Below are positions 29,601 to 39,611 of a stretch of DNA of 64,000 nucleotides, piece by piece. Source of the DNA: Promethearchaeota archaeon (lineage in GTDB: Archaea; Asgardarchaeota; Lokiarchaeia; Sigyniarchaeales; SOKP01); assembly GCA_048940925.1 (NCBI GenBank), contig JBHLOC010000022.1:19442-83441 (forward strand). The letters are read 5' to 3'. The notes under the pieces are model-generated. The model saw only the letters and a program-made list of their open reading frames with translations. It made no database searches and had not been told where the DNA came from. A program made the translations under genes and the position numbers. How positions within the stretch are numbered: the first letter of the stretch is position 1; each line of letters begins with the position of its first letter.

Positions 29601-30590
29601 TTATAATCTAAAATTAACCAGACAACTAACAAAATTATTCATTGATTTCGAAATTTCATGGATATTATTATGTTTCAAATTAAGTATTCTAAGTGATTTG
29701 AGAGATTTTAATATTTGAGGTATGTCCTGAAAATTATTATGACTTAAATCTAATTCTGTAAGATTAGATAATTCTTTTATTGAATCAGGAAGCTTCTGAA
29801 GATTATTTCCTTTCAATATTAACTTTTTGAGACGTTTAAGTTCACCAATTGAGGGAGGGATCTCAGTCAAATCAAAATTGCTGTAATAATATTTTCGAAG
29901 TGAACTTAAATATAAATCTAAAGAGTTTAACTGTGAAAGTGAGTTAATAATATCTTGGTTTTGCTTAATATATTGCCAATTGAAATAATTTAAATTTAAA
30001 GCTTTAATATGCTTTTTCTCAATAACTAACCATGGTTCACTATTTTTTGTATCTTTTAAGTTTTTAAATAAAGTATAGCAAAAAAGATCAATTTCATAAT
30101 TGCTTTTTCCTCTAGCAAATAAAGCTTCTAAGTCTAAAAGGAAAAGCGATTCGTCAGGAACAACTCCAATATTAAAAGCAAATTTTTGTTTCCATTTAAA
30201 TAAATCATCTAAAATCAATTTAAAAATTGAATGAGTAGTCAATTTATTTGAATGATCGAAAAAAACCTTCAAAACAATAGGAGAATTATCGTGTTGAATA
30301 ATCCATCTTAATGGTGTAATACTCTTTTCAGAAAGATTAAAGAGTATATATCTCACTATAGATGCTCTTACAATAGCATTTACATCGGATACTAAATAAT
30401 TTTCGAGAGTTTTGAAAATTGTCTTATTATATAACTTTAATTCTTGAAGCATTCTTATGCTTTGAACTCGTATTTCTATATCATCAATTTGCTCTATTAA
30501 GGAAATTAATAATTCAGCTGTTTTTTCTTCGCTTATTTTTCTGTCTAAAAAACAATTCTTGATTTTTTCTGGAGTTATTGGTTCTTTCAT
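29601..30590 (-). CDS. HEAT-like N-terminus plus C-terminal leucine-rich-repeat protein
   Basis: LKKLILKGNNLQKLP, LTELDLSHNNFQDIP and LRILNLKHNNI repeats; SD.NAIVR HEAT-like segment. Confidence 0.8.
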   Translation of the reverse strand: MKEPITPEKIKNCFLDRKISEEKTAELLISLIEQIDDIEIRVQSIRMLQELKLYNKTIFKTLENYLVSDVNAIVRASIVRYILFNLSEKSITPLRWIIQHDNSPIVLKVFFDHSNKLTTHSIFKLILDDLFKWKQKFAFNIGVVPDESLFLLDLEALFARGKSNYEIDLFCYTLFKNLKDTKNSEPWLVIEKKHIKALNLNYFNWQYIKQNQDIINSLSQLNSLDLYLSSLRKYYYSNFDLTEIPPSIGELKRLKKLILKGNNLQKLPDSIKELSNLTELDLSHNNFQDIPQILKSLKSLRILNLKHNNIHEISKSMNNFVSCLVNFRL

Positions 30591-30959
30591 ATTTTTATTT
30601 TTTGGTATAAAAAAAGAGCTACTTTAAAAAACAATAATGATATGATTTTTGTAATTTCCAATATCTTAAAAATTGTATTTATAAATGAAATCAAGCAAAT
30701 ATAGTTAATTTTTGAAATTAAAACTTTATCTAATTCTTTTTAAAATTGATTATTCAACGATATAAAACTACTCTGATTTATTCAATTTTATTTTCATAAA
30801 AAACAAAAGAATTTACTTATATAATTCATCAAGGGATTCCAAATTATATTTCAGAGTTTTGAGAGAAACGTTTTTCTTATAATTGAATTTAATTTTATGG
30901 TCGTCTTATTTATAAGGTGAAAATAATTACAATATTTAAATAAGATTAAGGTAAGAAAA

Positions 30960-32489
30960 ATGCGCACTTATGAACAATATGTTGAAGATTTAAAGAAAAT
31001 GAAACCAAATGTTTGGATTGGTGAAGAAAGAGTAGGTCGAGAAGACCCTCGATTGTTAGGAGGAATGCATATTATTAAGGAAACTTTTGATTGTGCGTTT
31101 GATCCCGAATATGAAGATTTATGCTCTACAACCTCACATTTGACTGGTAAAAAGATAAATCGGTTTTGTCATATCCACCAAAGTAAAGAAGATCTTTTAA
31201 ATAAGCAAAAAATGACTAGACTTCTCTGTCATCGGGTTGGAGGCTGTATTCAACGTTGTATGGGTATTGATGCTTTAAATGCGCTTTCTATAATTACCTA
31301 TGAAATGGATCAGGCTCTTGGTACAGACTATTATAAAAAATTCATGAAATACATGGAGTATTTTCAAGAACGCGATTTAGTAGCTAGCTGCGCTCAAACG
31401 GATGCTAAGGGAGATCGCTTAAAGAGACCACATCAACAAGAAGATCCTGACCAGTACTTAAGAGTTATTGAAACGAGAGACGATGGTATCATTGTAAGAG
31501 GATGTAAAATCAACATTACAAATACTCCCTATGCAGACGAATTAATTGCCGTACCTTGTAGATATATGGGTCCAGAAGATAAGGATTATGCCGTTGCATT
31601 TGCTTTGCCAGCAGATTGGGAAGGTGTTAAACTCCTTACTAGACCTGCTTATCATCGAAAAAGTAAATTCAATACCCCACAAGTTCAAATTGGCGATGCC
31701 GAAACATTTATCATCTTTGATGATGTTTTTGTCCCTAATGAAAGAGTGTTCTTGAATGGTCATGGTGATCCGCGTCAGATACAATATGCCGGTTTTTTAG
31801 CTCTTATGTTTGCCCATTATCACCGTCATAGCTATACAGGGTGTAAACCAGCAATGTCAGAAGTATTGGGAAGCGCAGCAGCATTGGTTGCGGAATATAA
31901 TGGTATTGAGAGTACCTCTCATGTCCGCGATAAACTTTCTCATATTATAGGGACTGCAGAATTGGTTTTTGCTGCGGGTGAATCGAGTGCTTATCACTCT
32001 GAAAAATCACCATCAGGCACCCAAATTCCAGATGAAGTTCTTACGAATGCAGGTAGACGCCTTGCTGGCGAAATGATTTACGAAGAGTATCAAATTGTGG
32101 CAGATCTGGCAGGAGGACTTGTAGCAACATTGCCATATGAAGAATCATTTTATAGTGAAGAAGTTGGCGATTTGGCTATGAAGTATTTAAAAAGAAATCC
32201 ACGGGTAAAACCAGAAAATGTATATAAATGTTTTAAAGGTCTAGAAAATCTTATAGTCTCGGATTTAGCGGGATTAATGCAGGTTGCTGGACTCCATGGA
32301 GGTGGATCTCCGCAGATGGAAACAATAACTATGATGATGAGGTATGATACGGAAAAACTCAAAGATATCGCGAAATATCTTTTTGGAATCAAGTCAAAGC
32401 TAAAGAGATATGAAAGACCAACGGTTACTCCTCGTGAACAGCTTGAAAAATTTCGAAAAGCAATACAAAGAAAAAAAGAACAAGAATAA
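30960..32489 (+). CDS. 4-hydroxybutyryl-CoA dehydratase family protein (HpaB/AbfD fold)
   Basis: CIQRCMG and HRHSYTGC Fe-S ligand motifs, QTDAKGDR, HGGGSP. Confidence 0.85.
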   Translation: MRTYEQYVEDLKKMKPNVWIGEERVGREDPRLLGGMHIIKETFDCAFDPEYEDLCSTTSHLTGKKINRFCHIHQSKEDLLNKQKMTRLLCHRVGGCIQRCMGIDALNALSIITYEMDQALGTDYYKKFMKYMEYFQERDLVASCAQTDAKGDRLKRPHQQEDPDQYLRVIETRDDGIIVRGCKINITNTPYADELIAVPCRYMGPEDKDYAVAFALPADWEGVKLLTRPAYHRKSKFNTPQVQIGDAETFIIFDDVFVPNERVFLNGHGDPRQIQYAGFLALMFAHYHRHSYTGCKPAMSEVLGSAAALVAEYNGIESTSHVRDKLSHIIGTAELVFAAGESSAYHSEKSPSGTQIPDEVLTNAGRRLAGEMIYEEYQIVADLAGGLVATLPYEESFYSEEVGDLAMKYLKRNPRVKPENVYKCFKGLENLIVSDLAGLMQVAGLHGGGSPQMETITMMMRYDTEKLKDIAKYLFGIKSKLKRYERPTVTPREQLEKFRKAIQRKKEQE

Positions 32490-32526
32490 ATTTAGTTTTT
32501 TATTTTTTCAATTTCTTAATCGAGAA

Positions 32527-33489
32527 TTACATAACACATAAGACAAACAATTCAGTTTCAGAAAGAGATTCTAGTTTTAAATCTTCTTGATTTTTTATAT
32601 ATTGATCTATCGAGATGCCTTTATCAAAAATTTCATTGAATTTATCATTGAAAATCTGATAAATATTTTTATTCCGAGAGATATAAGCTCCTATTAGAAT
32701 ATTGGTAGGATCAAAACTAGGTTGAATTAATTCATTGTCAGTCAAACTAAAATTGCTGAAATTTTCATCAGTAACATGAATAACGATACTTTTGAATTCA
32801 ATGTCATAAGGAGCTATATGTTTTGACAGAAGATTAAACTCTCTACTTAACAATAATTCTTTAATAACTTCAGAATGAAAAATAACTTGGACACTAATAT
32901 TTTTAAGGTTGTCTTTAATCCGATTCATTCCAGCACTCATGGATTCTTTAGTATTTTGGGGGAGTTCTTCAAACCGATTTTCATGTATCAGATCAACTAA
33001 TGGGTTATTATATCGAATCCCTATTGCTATTTTACATAAATTTTGAGCTAAAAATGAATGATAAGATTCGTCAAAATTACTTAAATCATAATTAATAAAT
33101 TCAACTGGTTCTTGAGATACCTGTTCTTCAAAATTATATTTTTTAATAAAAGCCTTAAGAGAGCTTTCACAATTTTCTCTTTTTTCTTGAAATTGATTTT
33201 GGAGTTCCTCTATTCTTTCATGAATAATATTTTGCCATAGATCCAATTCAGGAGTGGCTATATGAATTTTCATAGGTCTATCATATATTTGAACAAGTCC
33301 TAAATCACTTAAAACTGAACATATCTTATACCCTCTTTTTAAAGAAAGGTTAAATTGATTACATACATCTTTCAAATTGTCAATTCTTCTATTTTTTAAG
33401 AGATAATGATATATCCTTTCGATACCTTTTTCTATGATACCAATAGAATCAAACAATTGACTGAGTGCTAAAAACTCGGTATCTTCCAT
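32527..33489 (-). CDS. putative TrmB-like winged-helix transcription regulator
   Basis: IYHYLL...LSLKRGYKICSVLSDLGLV...RPM wHTH pattern followed by a coiled coil; GGTGA SD before ATG 33489 (ORF track start is 33504). Confidence 0.55.
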   Translation of the reverse strand: MEDTEFLALSQLFDSIGIIEKGIERIYHYLLKNRRIDNLKDVCNQFNLSLKRGYKICSVLSDLGLVQIYDRPMKIHIATPELDLWQNIIHERIEELQNQFQEKRENCESSLKAFIKKYNFEEQVSQEPVEFINYDLSNFDESYHSFLAQNLCKIAIGIRYNNPLVDLIHENRFEELPQNTKESMSAGMNRIKDNLKNISVQVIFHSEVIKELLLSREFNLLSKHIAPYDIEFKSIVIHVTDENFSNFSLTDNELIQPSFDPTNILIGAYISRNKNIYQIFNDKFNEIFDKGISIDQYIKNQEDLKLESLSETELFVLCVM

Positions 33490-33493
33490 TAAA

Positions 33494-34024
33494 TCACCTA
33501 TCATTCATACGTTCTAATGTTAATTCAGCTAATACTTTAAAAGCTTCATCAACGTTTACGTTTTCTTTAGCGGATATTTCTACAAAACTCGCCATATTGT
33601 TTTTTTCAGCAATTTGTATTCCATATTCCCTATCAACTTTACGTTGAGTCTTTTCAAGATCAATCTTTGCTCCAACAAGCATAATCGGAATTGGCCCCCC
33701 TTTTTGCTTTACAATAGTAATCCATTCTGAAATATTATCTAGTGTAGAGGGACGTGTAATATCATATAATAAGAATGCTGCATTAGCACCTAAACAATAA
33801 GTTGGCAAGAGGAACCTAAAACGTTCTTCGCCACCTACATCCCAAATTTGTAATTTAATACGTTGGTCATTTAATTCAATGGTTTTGACATGAAAATCAA
33901 CTCCAATTGTTAATCTTTCACTTGGGTTGAAAATGTTATAACAATACCGTTTTGTGAATGAGGTTTTCCCTACTGAAGCGTCTCCTAACAAAAGTAACTT
34001 AAAAGTAAAGTCGTATGTTGTCAT
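33494..34024 (-). CDS. Rab-like small GTPase
   Basis: G1 GDASVGKT, G2 TIGVDF, G3 WDVGGEERF, G4 AKID, G5 SAK; no C-terminal Cys motif. Confidence 0.93.
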   Translation of the reverse strand: MTTYDFTFKLLLLGDASVGKTSFTKRYCYNIFNPSERLTIGVDFHVKTIELNDQRIKLQIWDVGGEERFRFLLPTYCLGANAAFLLYDITRPSTLDNISEWITIVKQKGGPIPIMLVGAKIDLEKTQRKVDREYGIQIAEKNNMASFVEISAKENVNVDEAFKVLAELTLERMNDR

Positions 34025-34380
34025 ATTTGTGAAACCTTTTTGCTAGTAAGGTATATATATCTATATTTAGTTTAATAAATTTTTATATTATTATACCACT
34101 CTTTTATTATATTTTTAATAGAAAAATGATTTTATAAATATAGTTTTTAAAATCTTTTGTATAGGTTCTCAACACATACATTCTCAAATATTGTAATTAA
34201 AAGAATTTAACAAAGATTTAATGAATAATTTTTTTATAATATAATTTGAATTGAATTATATTTTTGCGAAAAATTCAAATGAAGACACCAATCTTAAAAA
34301 CTTTTATTACTGAATTTATCGACCATCTATTAAACTAAGAAAGAAAAAGAATAAGTTTAAGTAATAATACAAGGGGTGTA

Positions 34381-34950
34381 TCAAGCTTTTTTAAAAATTT
34401 GTTTCATTTTTTCTTTAATTACAGGATTTGATTCTTTTTCAATATGAGTTTTCAATTCATTATAGATTAATGGATTTTTTATCATATTGTGAATACAAAA
34501 AAACTTTACAGCCGCCCAGCGTACAGAGTCATCAGGATCATTTAATAGAGGGAGTATATATTTAAAATATTTTACATCTCCAGTTTGTTCTAATTTAAAT
34601 ATTGTTTTAGCTCTTACTATAAAATCAGGATTATACAATTGGGGTACTAAGTGATCTTTAATTGTTTTATTTTTAATGAAATCCAGTATAAAATTGAAAA
34701 TATCGACTTTAAAACTATGTATCTCATCATTTTCTCTAATATACGATTCTAATATGCGTTCTGCTTTTTTACCAATCTTCAATAAAGATTCAAAAGCTAT
34801 AAAAAAATTATATGATAAATCAGCTGAATTTAACTTAAGTGAATAAATGAGGTATTCAATAATTTCGTCGTCAACTTTTGATATTTCTATAAGATCCCAA
34901 TTTAAATCATCTTCATCTTCCCAGATTTTATTATCCCTTAAATAACTCAC
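34381..34950 (-). CDS. HEAT-repeat protein
   Basis: LYNPDFIVRAK, LLNDPDDSVRWAA, ESNPVIK PBS/HEAT-like units. Confidence 0.72.
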   Translation of the reverse strand: MSYLRDNKIWEDEDDLNWDLIEISKVDDEIIEYLIYSLKLNSADLSYNFFIAFESLLKIGKKAERILESYIRENDEIHSFKVDIFNFILDFIKNKTIKDHLVPQLYNPDFIVRAKTIFKLEQTGDVKYFKYILPLLNDPDDSVRWAAVKFFCIHNMIKNPLIYNELKTHIEKESNPVIKEKMKQIFKKA

Positions 34951-35165
34951 TAAATCATCATTTGAATTTTATTCTTAATAATTAAAATAAAATAGGATTT
35001 CACTTTTAATTGATTTATTATTAAAATGAAAATAAAACAAAAAAGATATATTATTTATCTCTTGATTTAATAATAAGTTGAAAAAAAATTAATTTTGTAA
35101 ATGAACAATATATTCCAATAAAATTTGTCTTATTTGTAAATAATTGGGTCACTAAGGTTTTTTTA

Positions 35166-35326
35166 TTAGACGTTTAATACCCTATTTACATTATTATATG
35201 AAATATCTTAATTTTTTCCACTGAGGTTCCAAGTAATATTAAAATCTTAACAATTTCAATTGGTAAGATTTAAGCTGATGGTAAATCAGAACTAAACAAT
35301 ATTCTTTCATTTCCTACTGTCCTAAA
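35166..35326 (-). pseudogene. degenerate 3' remnant of an amidohydrolase-family gene
   Basis: FRTVGNERILFSSDLPSA*ILPIEIVKI... then, after a frameshift, SYNNVNRVLNV*; resembles the G.DRILFGSD.P...N..RLL C-terminus. Confidence 0.55.
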
Positions 35327-35402
35327 ATCTTAAAAGAATTTTTATTTACGAAAAAATTATTCATGTTATGTTTTATTCCATATATAAAGAGGTTAGATTT
35401 AA

Positions 35403-36851
35403 TTGAATGATTTATTCTCGGAAATTGATGATATCTTCCATTCAAGGTCTCTGGCAATTTATGGTGTGAGCAGAAAAGGTGGTTTGGGAAATGTTTTATT
35501 ACAAGGATTTATTGATCAAGAATTTCCTAAAATATTTATCGTTAATCCGAAAATAACTGAAGCTAATGTTAAAATAATGGGAATCCCTGTTTTTTCAGAT
35601 CTGAAATCCATTGGAGAGCCTATAGATCTGGTCATATGTTCCACTCATCCTAAATTCGTTCAAGATATCATCATTGAATGTGGTGAAAATGGAGTAAAAG
35701 CAATAATAATTTTTACAGCGGGATTTGGCGAAAAAAATGAAGAAGGAAAAAAAGCTGAAAAAAAATTATTAAAAATTGCTCGAAAATATCAGATGAGATT
35801 AATTGGACCAAATTGCATGGGATTATATTGTCCCAGTTCTAAGTTATCGTTCTTTCCAGCCTTACCTACAGAATCAGGATCATTAGGCTTAATTAGCCAA
35901 AGTGGTTCAATCGCTAATCTTATGGCTTTTATTTCAATGTTGAAAGGAATTTATTTTTCAAAAGCCATAAGTTATGGCAATGGCATTGATCTAGGTTTCA
36001 ATGATTTTTTAGAATATTTAGGAGATGACCCTAATACTAATATAATAGCATGTTACATGGAAGGTGTTAATGATGGAAGAAGATTCATTGAATTAATAAA
36101 AAAAATAAATAAACCTATAATTATTTGGAAGGCGGGAGTCACGCCTGCGGGATCAAAAGCAGCTCAGTCACACACAGGCTCCATATGTGGAAATAATAAG
36201 CTATGGGATAATGTATTTGACCAATATGGGATAATCAGGGTTTATAATTTGGAGGAAATGATTAGTATGATCCAAGCATTTATCAATCCTATTCCAGTAA
36301 GAGATTGTAGAGTTGCTATTCTATCAGGACCTGGAGGACCTGCCGTATCTTCAGCCGATGCATGCGAGATGAATAGTCTAAAGTTGGCAGAATTGACCGA
36401 TGAGACAAAACTGAAACTCCATGAACTACTCCCTGAATTCGGGTCAAGTATTTCAAACCCTATAGATTTAAGTCTTCAAGTACAATTTGATCCAATCATG
36501 GAAAAAAACACATATGAAGTAGTTGGAATGGATACTAATGTCGATATGATGCTTATTTGGTTATCGATGCTAAATCCTCGATATAAGGATTTAATAAAGC
36601 TACAAGATAAAATTTCTAAACCAATTGCTATCGTATCTGCCATAGATGTGAATGTTTCACCAGATTATTTCAGTAGTACTATTAAACGATCCTTCATAAG
36701 TATAACAACAAAAAAAGTTCCTATAATAATTAAAAATTTGAATCAGAAAGGGATTTCAATACATCCAAACGAAAATCTAGCCGCTAAAGCATTATATAAT
36801 ATTTATCAGTTTTATAACAAATCTAAGAAATTGATTGTTTTAAAACAATAG
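35403..36851 (+). CDS. acyl-CoA/acetate-CoA ligase (ADP-forming) alpha subunit
   Basis: AGFGE, IGPNCMG, SQSG, SYGN, AAQSHTG phospho-His motif, NPIDL. Confidence 0.88.
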   Translation: MNDLFSEIDDIFHSRSLAIYGVSRKGGLGNVLLQGFIDQEFPKIFIVNPKITEANVKIMGIPVFSDLKSIGEPIDLVICSTHPKFVQDIIIECGENGVKAIIIFTAGFGEKNEEGKKAEKKLLKIARKYQMRLIGPNCMGLYCPSSKLSFFPALPTESGSLGLISQSGSIANLMAFISMLKGIYFSKAISYGNGIDLGFNDFLEYLGDDPNTNIIACYMEGVNDGRRFIELIKKINKPIIIWKAGVTPAGSKAAQSHTGSICGNNKLWDNVFDQYGIIRVYNLEEMISMIQAFINPIPVRDCRVAILSGPGGPAVSSADACEMNSLKLAELTDETKLKLHELLPEFGSSISNPIDLSLQVQFDPIMEKNTYEVVGMDTNVDMMLIWLSMLNPRYKDLIKLQDKISKPIAIVSAIDVNVSPDYFSSTIKRSFISITTKKVPIIIKNLNQKGISIHPNENLAAKALYNIYQFYNKSKKLIVLKQ

Positions 36852-36923
36852 AAAAGACTTTAGTATTGTATAAATTCTGTAATGATAGCTTTCTCTTATA
36901 ATCATTATCCACCCTTTAAATTC

Positions 36924-39356
36924 TTATATCTGGATTTTTATATTCTTTTTACCAGAAATATCAAATTTAACTCCAAATTTTATTAGTTTTTGTAATTTGG
37001 TATATTTCCATGAATTTATAAGATTATTATTAATCTTAATTGAAGTGGGTTTATTTTCTGCGTAGACTAATATAGTAATTTCAGCATCTTTAATATTTTC
37101 TATTGAAAAACTCAAAGAGTCAGTAGTAGCATTTACTTCTTGAAATAATTTTTTTGCACAGGTTACAAATTTATCAGGACATCCAATTAAAGCCATTCCA
37201 CTTATTGTTATTGGGCATAGAATATAATATTTATAACTATATTTTTTTAAATATCCTACCTTAATTTTGTCATCTTTTTGAATTCTAATTAATTCTCCAG
37301 AAATATAGTCATAAAATAAGCATTCTCTATAATCATAACCAAGTTCTTTTAAGGTAAAAAACCTCTCTTTTACTCTCTTAGGCCATATGTTGCAGACCAG
37401 AATATATCTCCAAGTTAATTTATTAATTTTAGAATATGTATCGCAAATATAATATTTTCTATGCTTTTTGAACATTAAATCATTAGTAGTTAAGCATTTA
37501 TCTGGTTTTAACAATAAACCATCATCTCTACATGTCTTATGTAGTAATGGCCAATTTATATTTTCCTTTTTGTCACCGGGAGCAACTACACCTGCATTGA
37601 GGATTTGATATAAACACTTAAAATATGGAAACTTTTCACCAAACGGTCTGAATTTCACACCTTTCATTGTTTTGGAGCGAAATACATCAGGATTCGAATT
37701 AATGCTTACTGCATGAAAAAGAATATTCGTTTGAGTTGAATGTATAAATCTATAGGATAATGGCCATCTCCGATTATAATCACCTGAACATCGGGAAATA
37801 TTAACATTAGAATGTTTTATACTATATAGTAAGATTCCAGGAGTTTGCATACAATAAAAAATGTCAACATCATTTTCTTTGGCAGCATTAGCCATATTAT
37901 TTAACCATTGTTCTTTAGCGTTATAATTATTTCTCAATATTGGCATACTATTTATTTGGTTTTTCATCCAATCTTGCTCATAGACATTGATTCCACTTTC
38001 TTTAGCTTGATTCATTAACCAGTCCCAAAATTCTTTTTTTAGTGGAACTGCATGATTTTTATAGGTTTCAAATTCAAATTCTATCACATAAGGAGATCTA
38101 GCGTCCCAACGACGATTATGAGCAGTGATTGGTTTTTTAAATCGCTCCTGAATATAAGTTTTCAAATCTGTGCTAAAATTTTCAGGATCCGCTTCCCACC
38201 GTAATGTGTTTCCATACAAACCACCCCCTATTAAGCGAACAAAGGGTCTAAATAACGTTGTAAAGACTTTATTAGTATGCTTTAAATACCACCAACTATC
38301 AAAATTATAATAGCCTATAGGAATCTTGTGGTCATCGAAATAATTTTTAATTGCTAACATTGTATTTTCATAACTCAAACCCTTTTCTTTTTTATAATAG
38401 TAATAAGCACCATTATTTGTCCAGAAACCTAAATATGATGTTACTACATTAGCATAAAGACTTTTCTGCTTTGACTCATGATATTTTAATAAAATATTCC
38501 CTAATTTTTCCATTGATTCGTTAATTCCCTTTCCGAATAGTAGAATAAATTTCTGTGAGAATCCCTTAGGTAGTCCTTTAATCAATCCATGAATTCCGCA
38601 AGATATTCTTTTACCTTTACTTTTAGAAATTACAGTATTCAAAAAGCCATCCAACGGTGAAATTATATAGCAATTCAATTCATCATCATAAAAAAGAACA
38701 GGAGCAGAGGTGACTCCAATCTTCCTTGATGGGGGGCAAAAAATAGCATTTCTGAAGGTGAATATGTTAGTATTAAGACTTTCATTTAAAAATGAAGGAA
38801 AAAAAGTAATAAGTTCTGAATAATTCCCTTTATCTGTGATTTCTAAACCCTCTGGTATAAATAATTCAAAAACTATAAAATTTCCATCAAAATATTGTTT
38901 AATAGATATATCTACAAATTTCTCTTCATTTTCAAATCTAAAGTGCATGTCTGTTGATTGAAACGTTCCTAATTTATCAATATCATTGGTTTCGTTAATA
39001 TTCAATAGTTCTAGAGTCCTCTCACTTCGAGCGGGTTCAGTGTTTACATATATTTTATTTTTATGTTTGATTTTTACAATACCTTTTATTAGTTCTCTTT
39101 TATTTCCAAAAGAAATTGTGTAAATTCCTTTGTTTTTATCGATATCAACTTGAGGTATGTTATTTTGTTTAGGACATTCGATTAATTTACTCTTTTGGAT
39201 AAAATCTTTTGAGTTATATACATAACTAGCGTTAAACCTAGGAGATATAAAATATTTGAATATCCAAGGAATTAATAAATAAGCTATAATAAAGAAAATT
39301 CCGATATATAGAATTATACGTAAAATCAGAAATATTATACCTAGAAGTAAATCCAT
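36924..39356 (-). CDS. membrane-anchored putative glycoside hydrolase (clan GH-D-like, unassigned)
   Basis: N-terminal TM; WTNNGAYYYY, NFDSWWY, YEQDW, RCSGDY and DG.LLKPD motifs recall GH27/31/36 barrels. Confidence 0.55.
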   Translation of the reverse strand: MDLLLGIIFLILRIILYIGIFFIIAYLLIPWIFKYFISPRFNASYVYNSKDFIQKSKLIECPKQNNIPQVDIDKNKGIYTISFGNKRELIKGIVKIKHKNKIYVNTEPARSERTLELLNINETNDIDKLGTFQSTDMHFRFENEEKFVDISIKQYFDGNFIVFELFIPEGLEITDKGNYSELITFFPSFLNESLNTNIFTFRNAIFCPPSRKIGVTSAPVLFYDDELNCYIISPLDGFLNTVISKSKGKRISCGIHGLIKGLPKGFSQKFILLFGKGINESMEKLGNILLKYHESKQKSLYANVVTSYLGFWTNNGAYYYYKKEKGLSYENTMLAIKNYFDDHKIPIGYYNFDSWWYLKHTNKVFTTLFRPFVRLIGGGLYGNTLRWEADPENFSTDLKTYIQERFKKPITAHNRRWDARSPYVIEFEFETYKNHAVPLKKEFWDWLMNQAKESGINVYEQDWMKNQINSMPILRNNYNAKEQWLNNMANAAKENDVDIFYCMQTPGILLYSIKHSNVNISRCSGDYNRRWPLSYRFIHSTQTNILFHAVSINSNPDVFRSKTMKGVKFRPFGEKFPYFKCLYQILNAGVVAPGDKKENINWPLLHKTCRDDGLLLKPDKCLTTNDLMFKKHRKYYICDTYSKINKLTWRYILVCNIWPKRVKERFFTLKELGYDYRECLFYDYISGELIRIQKDDKIKVGYLKKYSYKYYILCPITISGMALIGCPDKFVTCAKKLFQEVNATTDSLSFSIENIKDAEITILVYAENKPTSIKINNNLINSWKYTKLQKLIKFGVKFDISGKKNIKIQI

Positions 39357-39486
39357 AGATAGTATCTACTTAAAAAAACTTAATTATTTTTAGAAATTCT
39401 TTTTAAAAAAAATAATTTACTTCCAGAAATCCGATTAAAAGAAAATTTCTATTTAATTTTATCAAATTAATTAATTAGGATTGGAT

Positions 39487-39609
39487 TCATAGTTGATCAA
39501 TTTTCTTGAGAATTACTTCTCTATTCTTTTCCCAATAATTATCGACGGCTTTTTTTACTGCTTTTTTTGTTATTTTTTTCACAATTGTTCTTTTTATAAT
39601 TGCTTCCAT
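39487..39609 (-). CDS. 40-aa basic small ORF directly downstream of pirin
   Basis: ATG 2 nt after the pirin TAG; MEAIIKRTIVKKITKKAVKKAVDNYWEKNREVILKKIDQL*. Confidence 0.4.
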   Translation of the reverse strand: MEAIIKRTIVKKITKKAVKKAVDNYWEKNREVILKKIDQL

Positions 39610-39611
39610 TA

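Noticed and set aside
30960-32489. 4-hydroxybutyryl-CoA dehydratase as a marker of autotrophic carbon fixation
   Set aside because: No other cycle genes nearby; the family also serves fermentative metabolism.
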